From contig JAAOMT010000034.1 of assembly GCA_016748015.1 (NCBI GenBank), forward strand, positions 186,001 through 250,000: a stretch of 64,000 nucleotides of DNA, written 5' to 3'. The position numbers and the translations under genes were made by a program. Positions 25,685 to 38,100 of this stretch are shown piece by piece (the first letter of the stretch is position 1; the number at the start of each line of letters is the position of its first letter). Source of the DNA: Geosiphon pyriformis uo1 (lineage: Eukaryota; Fungi; Glomeromycota). The notes under the pieces are model-generated. The model made no database searches, was not told the origin of the DNA, and saw nothing but the letters and a program-made list of their open reading frames with translations.

Positions 25685-28665
25685 TAAAAATAAATAAATA
25701 ATTTAGTATCTTATTAATTATTGTAATTAAAAATAATAAACTAAAATTATTAAAATTTAAAAATATTATGTTAATTGTATTTAATTTTGAATAAAAAAAA
25801 ACAAGTAAATATTTTTAAAAACAAAAATAAAAAATTTAATTTATATTTAATAAATATTTTTATTTAAAATAAAGTTAAAAATAAATAAAATTTGTTTATT
25901 CTAATTAGGTTTTAAATATTAATTTTTTCAAAAATTAAATTTATCTTTTTTTTAACTAAAACTATTTATAAATATACAATATCTTTTGTTTTATAAAATT
26001 GTTTCTAAAAATTGTTATTTTTTATATTATTTTATTATAATTAATTATAATTTATTATTTTATATTATTTTATATTGTTTATTATTATTATTATTTTTTA
26101 TTTGTGTTATCACTTTTAATTATATTTTTAATAACATTTTTTTTATGATAAATTAATTTTTTTATTTAAATATAATATCTTTATTAATATAATTTAACAT
26201 TTTAAATTGCAATTATATTATTATAAATAATTTATTTATTTAAAATAATATAACTTTTAATGTTTTTATGTAATATTAATTTTTGAAAATTTGTTAAGAT
26301 TTTAAAAGTCTTTATTGTATTTAAAAATTTTATTGAATTATTTTTTAAGTTTTAATTATGTATATTTTTTTATAATAAAAAAAATATTAAAGCTTTTTAA
26401 AATTTGTTATTTAATTATATTTTTATAATTATTTTAATTGTATTTATATTATTTAATTACAACTAAAATTTAATATTGTTTTTTTACTTTATTAATAAGT
26501 TAATAATTTTTAATAAAATTAAATCTTAAAATATGTTTTTTTTATATTAAATTATTATGTTGTTAAATTATTTTGTTATAATAAACAAATTAATAATAAT
26601 AATATTATTATTATGTGTATTTTTTTGGGTGATTTTAAGCCAATTAAATTTTTAATAAAAAAATTAAAAAATTGGTATTTTATTAATTATTATAATTAAA
26701 AGCAATTAGTAAATATAATTATGTTAATCGTATTTGGTATTAGATAAACATAATAATAATTTTTTTAAAACAAAAAAATAAAATTAAATTAAAAAAAATA
26801 AAAACTAGATTTTTTAGTTTTTATATTAATATAATTAAAAATATCTTAATTAAAAAGTATTTTTTTTAAGCTAAAACTATTTATATATACGCATATTTTT
26901 AATTTTATAAAATAATTTTTAAAAACTTGTTATTTTTTAAGTTATTTATTATTATTAATTATTTAATATTTGTATTATTATTTATTAAAATTAATTGTTT
27001 TTTATTTAAATAATATTTATATTTTTTTAAATTAAGTTTTTGTAAAATTATATAATTTTTTTTTTAAATTTGCTAAATTAATATAATAATTAATAATTAT
27101 TTATTGCTTTAAAAAAATTTTTATGATTTTTTTTATGTAAAATAAAAAAATAAAAATATTTATATAATTATTAAATTAATATTAAGTTTGTAACAAAATT
27201 TGATAAAACGAATAATTAAGTTGAATTAACTTTTTTTTCGGTAATTGGTATTTTCATAAATAATACAATTTGATTTAATAATTAACTATTTAATATATTT
27301 TAAATATTATTAATAATTTTTTTAATATTAATAATATGTTAATTAATAATAATAAAATAATAACTATTCTAATTAATCAATACATTAAAATTGCTTTCTT
27401 ATTTATTAATAATTTGCTAATTTTAATTGTAAAAAAAAGTAACTTTATTAATATTTAACGATTTTTTTGTTTATAGAAGATTTATTTAAGTTTAATTTAA
27501 TTAAAACAAATATTAATATTAGATTTTTTTCAATATAGTGCTAAAAAAAACAGTATTAGATAAATAGTTTTTATATTTAATCTTGGCTATTTTATACTTT
27601 AGTATTAACTATTAAACTTAATTTAATATTATTTTATAAAATATGTACTATAAATAATATTATAAATAATATATAATATATTAAGTTTTAATATTTTACA
27701 TTAAATTTAAAGATTTTGGTTTATTTAAAAATTTTAATAATTGGGTTTTTTATATAATAAATAAAAATTTAATAATAATAGTTAATATAATAATTAGTTT
27801 ATTTTAATGTTTTTTATTTTTTTAATAAATAATTAAATCAATTAATTCTATGCTTATTTCTGTATTTTTTATTAAATAATTTTTGAAATTATAATTTTAA
27901 TGTTTTTTTTTAATTAATCAATAAACAAAAAACAAGAATAAAAACAAGAATAAAAATAAATAAATTAATATTCTATTAATAATTATAATTAAAAATTATT
28001 ATTAATGTTAAATTTAAAAATAATTGATTTTAATAAAATAAATATAAATTTACAAAAGTTAAATATTGAATAATTTGAATAATAATTTTACTTAGATAAG
28101 TATTTTATTTTAAATATTAGATTTCTAACTATTAAAGTTATTTAGTAAAAATAAAAATAAAATTAAACTTGTTTTTTTTTTGTTTTTACTAATATTACTA
28201 TATATATATAAATTTTTATAATGCAAAATTTCTGAAATTTTTAATAATCTTTACATTTTTTTTGAATTATTGTTAAAATTTTTGATATTATATATTCAAA
28301 TAATTTATATTATATTATTGACAAATTATATATTTTTATTTATTATTTTTTTTAATATTAAACTCTAATAAAATCTATTAAATTTTTTTTTGAATTAATT
28401 TAAGTATTTTTTTCTATTTTGATATTAAAAATTTATTTTCAAATTGTAAATTAATTATTTTTTCCAATTAGTTTACTGTTAATATTTTTATAATTAAATA
28501 TAATAATATTTTATAATATTCTTAAAACATTAAATATAGCCAATATATAACTTTTAAATAAGTTGTTTTTTTAATAAAATGTTTTATTTATTGTATTATT
28601 ATTTTATTAAATACTTTTTTAAACTAATTAATATATAAAATCTGAATATTTAACTGTTATTTTAA

Positions 28666-28701
<36 letters not shown>

Positions 28702-29950
28702 TATTATTAAAAATTGTTTTTTTTAATTTTTCTAATTGTTTTTTATTAATTTTCTAAATTGTATTATTGTTAATAAATTTTTAATTTTTTTAATTTTTTT
28801 AGCAATTTTTTTTACATATTTATTTAACTGTATTTGTGGTTTATTATATAAAATTATTTTTGTTATTTTATTTTTTTGAGTGTTTTTATAGCAAATTTTT
28901 TAATTGTTAATTGTTATTTTTATGTTTAATTTTTTATTTTTTAATAATTAAAATATTTATTAAACAATTAAGTAAATATTATTTGTAATTTTTATTTTGT
29001 TAACTGTTTTTGTCACATTTTAATAGTATTTATATATTTTTTTAATTTTATAATATGTTAATTTCAATAATAATTATTGGTTTTAAATCTTGTAAAATTT
29101 TATTTGGTTTAATTAATATTTTTTATAATATATTAAATAATAATATTGATTTAATATAATATAGTTTTAATTAATTATTATATACTGTTTTAATTAAAAT
29201 TTTAGTTTTTAATGTTTTATTTCCAAGTATTTCTTTAATATATAATAAATTGTTTTATTTTAAATTAAATTTTTAATTCTATTGTTTTTTTATTTTAAAA
29301 TATTTTGTTTTTAATCTTAAATTTAACTAATATATTTAATAATTGATTATTATGTTTTTTTTTGTTTTTGTGTAAAGCTTTAATATTGTTAACTGTTTTT
29401 TTCTTTTTTTTTAATGTTTTTATTAAATTATTGTTTATCTTAATATGTTTTTTAGAATATAACTTTTGTTATTAATTTAATTAAATATATTATTATTTTT
29501 ATTTTTATTAATAATATTATTATTTTATTATATACTAATTTAAATAATGTTATTTAATTTATATCTTGTTTTATTGTTTAATAAATAAATAGTACTGATA
29601 ATATAAACAAGTTTTATTTTATTTTTATTTTTTTGGCTAATTTTAATTAGTGTTTTACACAATATTTTATTGAATTTTTTGATTAAACTGCTTATTTGTA
29701 AATAATATATCAATAATAGTGGTTTTTTTACTTTAAATTTTTGACTTAATTTAATTAATATTTTATTATAAGTGAATTTTTTAATTAGATAACAATTTTT
29801 TTAAATATATATATTAAAATATTAAATCTTAATAAACAAATTTAATTATTAATTTAATATTAGCTTTTTAAATTGTTTTAACTTTTAGCTATTTAATAAA
29901 ATAATCTGTATTTGTTGTTTTTAATTATTATAATTAACAATTTAATTATA
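24950..29950. repeat. AT desert of heavily eroded TE/LTR remnants
   Basis: Near-absence of C/G. Residual similarity between ~25760-26050 and ~26710-26980 (…ctaaaactatttata…ttttataaaat…), and with C-family LTR motifs (ttagtatctt…). Confidence 0.6.
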
Positions 29951-29954
29951 TTAA

Positions 29955-32267
29955 TTTTTTTATTTATTTAGTTTAACAAATATAATTTAATTACTATCTA
30001 AGAACATACAGAGCCAATGCTTTTTGTCTTTGGAAAGGAACCCCTATAGTATCTGTTCTTAGTAAGTCTAGATTTGTTAAATGTCTTTTGTCTCTTCGGC
30101 GTTATGGTATTGCTTTTGTGAACCAACTTCAGGATCACAGTGGGGCTGCTTTTACTTGGGCAATCTTTAAATGTTGGAAGCAGCTAGACTCATGTGGGCC
30201 GGTTCCTGTCTAGTTTGATCTTTTAGTTTCTTTTATCAACATGGTGGCTCCTGTTTCTGTCACGTCTTCTGCTGTTAATGGGGTTGCCCCTCGAAACATC
30301 CTGGATTTAATTGAATTTGTTAAGATTCGTGATCGTCTGCTTGGTGTCGGTACTGATAGTATTTCGGTTTATACTGATGGCTCTTTGGCTGGTTTGGGTA
30401 CTGTTGACATGTGGGCTGGTGCTGCCATTTTTTTTGATAGTGTTGATTTGGGCTTAGGTGTTAAAGTCTCTGGTTTGGTGTCTTCTACTATGGCAGAGTT
30501 GCAGGCTATTGCTCTGGCTCTTGAGTGTGTTCCCCCCTTTAGTTCTATTCATTTGTTCTCTGACAGTTAGACAGCTTTGAATACATGCAAATCTGAGCTG
30601 GGTCTGGTGTTTCCAGACTTTTGAAATTAATGGTGGTTAGAATGCTGTCACATTTACAACTTGATTCATAACAAAAATCTGAACATCTGTTGGTTTAAAG
30701 TCAAAGAACATTTTGGTGTTATAGGTAATAAGTGTGTAGATGCTCTTGCTACAGCTGCTACTATGTCTGAACATTTTTTTCCTTTGCGTGTGAATGCATG
30801 CTATATTTTGGTGAGTGGTATGGCTGTTTCTGGAAATTCTAGACATTTTGTTTGTGATATTTTCTATTGTGTTCATCATGCTTGATGGGAGATTGGTTCT
30901 GGTTCTAGGGTCTTGATCACCAGTTTGCATGGCAATGTGGACTGGTGCAGGTCTTCTCTCGTGTGGCATTCTGATATACATATGGCTGCTGATTCCACTG
31001 GTAAATGTTCTGCTGGTGCTTGTACTTATTTCATGAAGGCTCTATATCATCAACTGTCTGTTACTGTCCGCAAGTGCCTTTATAGTAGATCTTATCCCAG
31101 CATTTTATGCTTGTATTGTGGTGAAGTCAAAGTTTCCAATCATGTTTTCTCTTGTGGTTTTGATACTGCTATTTGCGCTCAGCTGTTGGACATGCATGCG
31201 GCTATTTGAGAAGTATCCTCTGGTTTACCCCAGTTATCATTACAACTTATGCAGCTTATGCTTTCTTGCATTTCTGATACTTTGTTGTGTTTGGCATTTT
31301 GTAAGGGCTTTATGTTCAAACTTTGTTTTTAGGAAGCAGTTTCGGTTTTTAGGGACTCGAAAATTGCTTGTCAAAGAGTAGTGGAATTTGTGCGAAATTT
31401 TTGTCTTGCTTTTAGGGATGAGATTTGGCTGGTTCATACAAGTCACTGTGCTTTAATGGAGAAGCATGGCCTGATTCCTAGAGATGGCTCTGTTTTTGGC
31501 CTAGTGCATGGTCTTTCTTCATTGTTCTCTGTGAGAGTGATAAAGATGTTGGGTATTGCAGAGACTTTTGGCATTAGCTTTGGCTTTTATGCACCTTGCT
31601 TATTTTTTTTGGATATTGGGGATTTTGTATTGGTTATTATAGATGCTTAGTGTAGTTTTGATCGGTCTAAATGGCTGGTTATGTGTAGAAAATACATGAT
31701 TCATGCTTAGTTTAGATCTCTTATAATGTATTGCACTAGGTAATGTTTGGACCTTACTCATTAAACAATAAAAAAAAGAAGAACATACAATATATATATA
31801 TTATAAACTAAACATAATTCACATACTTGCTACATGTAACTAATCATTCAAACCAATTATGACTACACTACAAACTCATCAAAACCACTATGTCACTATT
31901 TAAATCTGAAAAAAACAAGTATTTAAAATACATGTCAGAATAAACACTTCTATTCTCCTTTATACTAAGCAGTATAATTAACCTATTATTTAATTTGCTT
32001 ATATTATTAATGATATTGAAAAAAACACTATTATTAACTATTATTAGTTTAATTTTTTTTATATTAGCTCTATACTCAGATCCATGATACCATATTTTAG
32101 ATCTGTAGACTAATACTAAGTTATTTATAAATAAAACAATTTTTACCATAGCTAATTCAAAATTATCTAAGAGAGCCAAAGCTTTAAAGTAGTAACTTAT
32201 AAGCATAAAATCTTTTATCAGAGCAAAATACAAACCAATATTATGCTTACAAAAAGATAAATCTCAG
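29955..32267 (-). mobile_element. Older LINE 3' end (ORF2 C-terminus + 3'UTR + poly-A), interrupted by a younger LINE
   Basis: ORF 31868-32233 resembles the family C-terminus (AL.K.F...IW...YRA...K..LI). Its 3'UTR (tagtgtagt…ttagttta…) is split at 30010/31779 and ends in an A-rich tail near 29955. An LTR abuts it at 32268. Confidence 0.65.
30011..31778 (+). mobile_element. 5'-truncated LINE with RNase H and C-terminal Zn finger, poly-A tail and 11-bp TSD
   Basis: RNase H motifs YTDGS, AELQAI, SDS, KVKEH.G..GN...DALA; CLYCGEV...HVFSC. ORF2 stop ~31650, poly-A ~31768-31778. TSD AAGAACATACA at 30000-30010 and 31779-31789. Confidence 0.92.
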
Positions 32268-33173
32268 TATTACAGGTAATTATTTAGAATGTTAATACAA
32301 ATAACAAATCTATAACTTAGTGCTTAATAAGTGATATAATTGGTAATATTTAAAGATTTTAGTGTTTAAAAGTTTTGGTTAAATTTTTTGTATAATGAAC
32401 AGAGATTCAATGTTAATCTTCTATTGCAATGTTTTAGTTTATTTCTTAACCCTCAAGTTGATATGTGTTGTTATCCATAGCTTTTCAGAATATCTTATTC
32501 TGTCAATTTTTTTTTTAGCTTAATAGCTAGTTTTCTGGTAAGTTATTTCTTAATTCTGAATGTCTATTCTTATTTCTGGGTCTTTTATCAGTTCTTTTTT
32601 TGATGTTAATACTTTGTGCTTTAATTCCTTTAATTAGTTAGTAAATCTATAAAACAAAAAAAAATAAAAATAAAAATAAAAATTAGTATCTTGTCAATAG
32701 CCATGATCAAGAGCTATTGTTTCAGTATAGTTAAATATTAAATTCTATTAACATAAAGTGTTGATAAAGCAGAGATAATTTAATATTTTTTAATTAAGCA
32801 ATGATAACATGAATTTAAGTAGTAATTGATAATTTATTGATATGTGATGTGAATTTTGAACTGCTTCTAATTGTGTTTTTTAACTGAAAATTCTAACTGT
32901 GTGTTCTTTTTTGCTTCTAATACTCTTACTATATATACATAATTGATGTTCTATAAGATCTCATATATTTGTAAATAATGTGCTATAATTTTTCAAGCAA
33001 TGCTTATATTGCTGAGTAATATGCTCTAATCTATTGACATTGTTTATATTGCTAAGCAATATATTATAATTCATCAATAATATGCTTATGTGCTCAATAC
33101 TATTTTCTTATTGGTTTATTTTTTTTATCTGTTTTTCTTACTATTTCTCTTGTACTTTTTTCTATGAATAATA
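32268..33173 (-). mobile_element. 3' LTR of a family-C Ty3/Gypsy element (eroded), with adjacent PPT
   Basis: Homologous to LTR 58847-60574. Termini eroded to TATTAC…TAATA. PPT AAAAGAAGGAGATAA on minus at ~33174-33188. Confidence 0.75.
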
Positions 33174-33318
33174 TTATCTCCTTCTTTTTAATATTGAACT
33201 TTGTTAAAATTTTCATTTTGGATTAATTTTATTACTTTTTTTTTCAACATTATTTGTTCAACTTTGGTTTTTATGTCTTCTACTTGTAAGTTGTTCATTC
33301 TTTCCTACTGGTTAATAG

Positions 33319-34237
33319 TATTACAAATAATTACTTGAGATGTTAATACAAATAACAAACCCATAACTTGGTACTTAATATATAATATGATTAGTGATAT
33401 CTAAAGGTTTTGGTTTGGAGTTTTTTGTATAATAAACAGAGATTCAATGATTGTTTTTAGTAGCCTTCTGAAATATGAATTCTATCAAACTTTTTTTTTT
33501 AGCATAATAGCTGGTTTATTCTGGCAGTTGTGTCTTTCTAATAAACTATCTATTAAGTTATAAATTCTATACTTTTATTTCTAGGTCTTTTACCAAGTTA
33601 TCCTTAATGTTAATTAATTAATGCTTAATTTTTTAAATCAGTTTAGTAAACAACAAACAAAATAAAAGAAAAAAAAAGAAATAAAGAAGAAAATAAAAGA
33701 AAAAAAGAAATTAATATTCTGTTAATAGCCATAATTAAGAGCTATTGTTTCAGTGTAATTAAGTATTGATTTCTATCAACATGGAGTGTTAATAGAGCAG
33801 AGATGATTTAATATTCTTTAATCAAGTAATAATAACATAAATTCAAGTAGTAATTAATAATTTATTAATATGTGATATGAATTTTAAACTGTGTTTTTTT
33901 TTAACTGGAAATTCTAGCTGTTTGTTCTAACTGTAAATTCTGCCTTTTCTGTTTTTAACACTCTTGCTACATATATATAATTGATGTTCTATAAGATCTA
34001 ACACATTCATAAGCAATATGCTATAATTTCTCAAACAATGTTCATATTGCTAAGTAATATGCTTTAATTTATTGACATTGTTCATATTGCTAAGCAATGT
34101 GTCATAATTCACTAATATTGCTTACATTGCTGAGCAATGTGTCATAATTCATTAGCAATATGTTTATATGTTCAATACTATCTTTTTATTGGTCTATTTT
34201 ATCTACTATTTTTTTTGTACTTTTTTTATGAGTAACT
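33319..34237 (-). mobile_element. Solo LTR, family C
   Basis: Direct repeat of 32268-33173. Flanks ATAG/ATGA are reconcilable as an eroded 4-bp TSD (ATGG). Removing it restores an IN-tail-like ETIIINQ* on the minus strand. Confidence 0.75.
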
Positions 34238-34514
34238 ATGATTATTGTTTCCATTTCTGAGTATAATAGTATTTTTGAATAATTTTGAAATATAGTGTAT
34301 AGCCAATAAATTGTTCTAATATGAAGTGATGAGTTTGTTTTCTTTCTGATAAAGTTTTTAATTTGCTGTATTACTTCTTAATTGAATATTCTTTTAGATT
34401 TGTTGGTATATAATTCTTAAATATTCAGCTTTTGTCCTAACTAATAATAACAGTATGATATTAAAAATTGTTTTGTTTAGTGTTTTCAATTTTTTTTTAT
34501 TAGCTCCTCTGTTA

Positions 34515-35178
34515 TGTTATGGGTTGGAGTAATAAGCTAATGGATAGCAAAGGAGAACAGAATTGTAAAGTGATGGAAATAATCAAAGGAAATTCAACTT
34601 CAAAAAGCAAATTGAATAAGTATAGATTTAATATGCAAGATCAGTTTTATAAAATATCTCAGTTGCTATTCTTTTTAAAAAGTAACTGGAGAATCTGAAG
34701 GTAGAGAAATAATTTGTACTGTCAACAAATGATCATGCTTGGTATAATTCTATGCCTCATGTTGGTGCTTTTAGAATTCAATATCAAGTATCAGATGTGC
34801 TCTTCAGTCACATTTTATTCAATAATCTTCAAATGCTACACTTATATGTTTCAGGAAAAGGGTAAAAATTAACCAACAAGTAATCTTTTATCTCAATATG
34901 TTTGAATACTTGAAGATAGGGAAAAAAAAATTAGCAATAAGAAAATGATTGAGATAAAAGTTGTTATTTTATTTATTCTTGATTATTTTGAACATGCTTT
35001 TCTACAGCTAAGAGATTTATTGCTTATATAACTGTCAAAAGTGGTCAATGATCAAGTCAATGGTCAGATTATTGATCAGATCAATAATCACTATCTAAAA
35101 ATAGTGTGGCTAATTTATATAACATTAATAACTAATACATGTGATAATTAATAAAAAGTATAAGTTTCAACCATAACA
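34515..35178. mobile_element. Probable LTR of another family (F)
   Basis: 8-bp terminal inverted repeats TGTTATGG…CCATAACA, non-coding, sits between unrelated element fragments. No matching TSD. Confidence 0.45.
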
Positions 35179-38100
35179 TTATTCTACCAGTTCAAATTGC
35201 CCAAAATGTCAATCTTTCAGATATATTCTCATTCGAATTTGAAGTAAATAAATTACCATTTTTGTTTAGCAATACAGCAATCAATGAACAAAAAGCAATT
35301 ACAGTTATGTATATTGAAACTACAGTAGAAAAAAAATTCATTTAATTAATTCTAGATAATGAATTAGCTGGAAGTATTATCACTTATCAATTAATACAAT
35401 AACTTTGACAGATCTGCTCAGACAGTTATTGTTATAGCAGATAGTATAAAAAAGACATCAGTAGAAAAAATTGACAATTTTCCATTTATTATTGATGGAA
35501 TCACTATTTCAGTTAAAGTTTTAATCATGGATGTACCTCAATACCAAGCTCTTATTAGAAATAATTGGCTTCTCAAGGCCAATGCAAATTTAGATTGAGA
35601 AATCCAGGAATTAAAAATTTTATACCAAGAACAATACATCAGAATATCTGTCACCTGTGGTACTTTTAATAAAAAATCTGAAAAAGCCCCAGTATTTGAA
35701 TTTAAAAAGAAGAAAAATTTACCAATTACTAAAACCTTTATGGCTCTTGGATCATTATCCAATTAGGCTAAAGAAACAGAACAAAAAATTTTTAAAGAAA
35801 CTAGAGAATAGAATGTTGTTCAATACTCTACACCAGAATCAAGGAAACAACCACTCTATATCCCACTTAAATACAGAGATTACAAGAAGAAACTTTCATT
35901 GATGAGAGCATGTATTTCCCCAGAAGAGGAATATGAAACTTGCATCTGTTACTTTTGCAAAGCATACCATAGAAAATGATTTGAATATCCCAAAAGAAGT
36001 GGAAAATGAGACAACACTCTTTGTTTTACATATGGAAATATGCTACCAGAAAAATGCAACTGGATTAATATTGCAATAAAAGGAGAAGTATGTGATCAAA
36101 TCTGCCAATATGTCCTATCAATTTCAGAAAAAGTCAAAAGAGAAACATTTTTTGATGCAGCATACAACAGTGCTCTCAACAAACTCTATCACTACCTTCA
36201 TGATGCTAATATAATCTTTGACCTAACAATGGCTCTAATTAATAGAGCCACACAAAAAAATGTCTGCCAAATGAAAAAAGTTGAATATATTGAATACACT
36301 ATGAAATTAGTCAGATTTAACTATAAAGATGAAATGAAAACATACCACCAAATTGCAAGTCACACTTATCCAACCCAAGAAGCTCAAATTTAATGATTAG
36401 AGTAAATAAACATTCAATTGTGTAAAGAATACATCATGTCTTGTGATGACAAATGGTGTTTAGAATGCTATGCTCTTAGCATTTTTCTGCCTAGTAAAAA
36501 TAATCAGGAAAAAATTGAATTTGGAAACCTGAAACAAAAGAAAAAATTGCAACAATACCAATTTATCTTACTAAAAACTAGCCTATTATACAACTCAAAT
36601 ACTTTGATAACAATGGACAAGGAATAAAATCAAAAAAAGTCTATGAAATTAATGCAGGATATGATCTCAGATATCTTGGCAAAGACATTTTGGTTCTTCA
36701 ACCAAAATTCTTAACCAAAATCAACCTCAAAATTGCTCTAAAAATACCACCAGGAGCAATGGTACAAATTGCTTCTTAATTATTATTGGCAAGCAAAAAA
36801 ATCAATATCAGAAAAGAAGTCATAGATACAGAATATACTGGAAATATTACCATCATGTTACAGAATGAAACAGACAAACCATTCAGAATTGAACATGCTG
36901 AAAAGATTGTCCAAGCAATTTACCTACTCTTAATCAATATTTTGGTTTACAATCAGTTAACAACAGAGAACAATTGGGAAAAAGTAAAAGAGAAATTCAA
37001 GATTTTGGTTCAACTAGACAATTTACAGTTCTAGTAAATATAATTCTCAATGCACAGAATAAATCTTACCAGATTCTTTAACTTCTTTAACCAATTACCA
37101 TTTTACTTTTTGGAGAACATCACGAAATTTACACTTGCTTAAAACTCACCACTACCCAACAAATCTTTGAATTCAATGAACAAATCTGTTTAAAGCATGA
37201 AATCTTAATTCCAAACGTTTATATTCCCAAAGGAATGAAAAAATTTTGAGTTACATTCTACAACTCCAATAATTATTCTATTGTCTTATTAAATAAATTA
37301 GAAATTGGAATCATATACAGCAATATCTTCCAGAATAAAAATCCTCAAATTGTCTCTAATTTTATTGAAATTATAAGACATACTTTACTTTTAAATTCAA
37401 ACATCATTCCTACTACTGAAAACTACTACTTTTTGAAAGAAAAACTCTTTTGAGTCAACATGGGTCCCTTAGAACTCCAACAACAAAGACAATTAAAACA
37501 GTTAATAGCTAAATTTGCTGACATATTTGCAAAAAACAACAATAATTTTGGAAAAACTGATATTGTCCAACATCAGATCCACACAAAAGATGCTCCACCA
37601 AAACAACAACAAGCTTATTAAGTTCCACTTGCTAGCCATTAATTTATCAGAGAAGAGGTTCAAAGAATGCTTAATAACAGATTGATTCAACCATCAAGAA
37701 GTCCATGGGCCTTACCAGTAGTTTTGGTTAAAAAAAAATAAAAAAATCAGATTCTGTGTTAACTATTGTCAACTAAACAGTGTAACAATTAGAAATATCT
37801 ACCTTCTTTCAAGAATTGATGATATACTAGATGCCTTAAAAAAAGCCAAGTTCTTCTCAACTTTAGACTTAAAAAGTAGATACTGACAAGTTGAAATGTA
37901 TCTAAAAGATTGACCCAAAACAGCATTTACCACCCAAGGAGGAAACTATGAATTCAATGTTATGTTTTTTAGACTTTGCAATACACCAGCAACATTTCAA
38001 TGACTCATAAATGTTGTATATAAAGGACTTTTATGACAATTAATAGTTGTTTATTTTGATAACACTAATGTGTACTTACCAAGTTTTGAAGCTCATTTCA

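Noticed and set aside
32990-34170. Short repeated units (catattgct.agcaat) that could mimic a CRISPR array
   Set aside because: They are U3 tandem repeats within family-C LTRs; no unique spacers or cas genes, and the context is eukaryotic.
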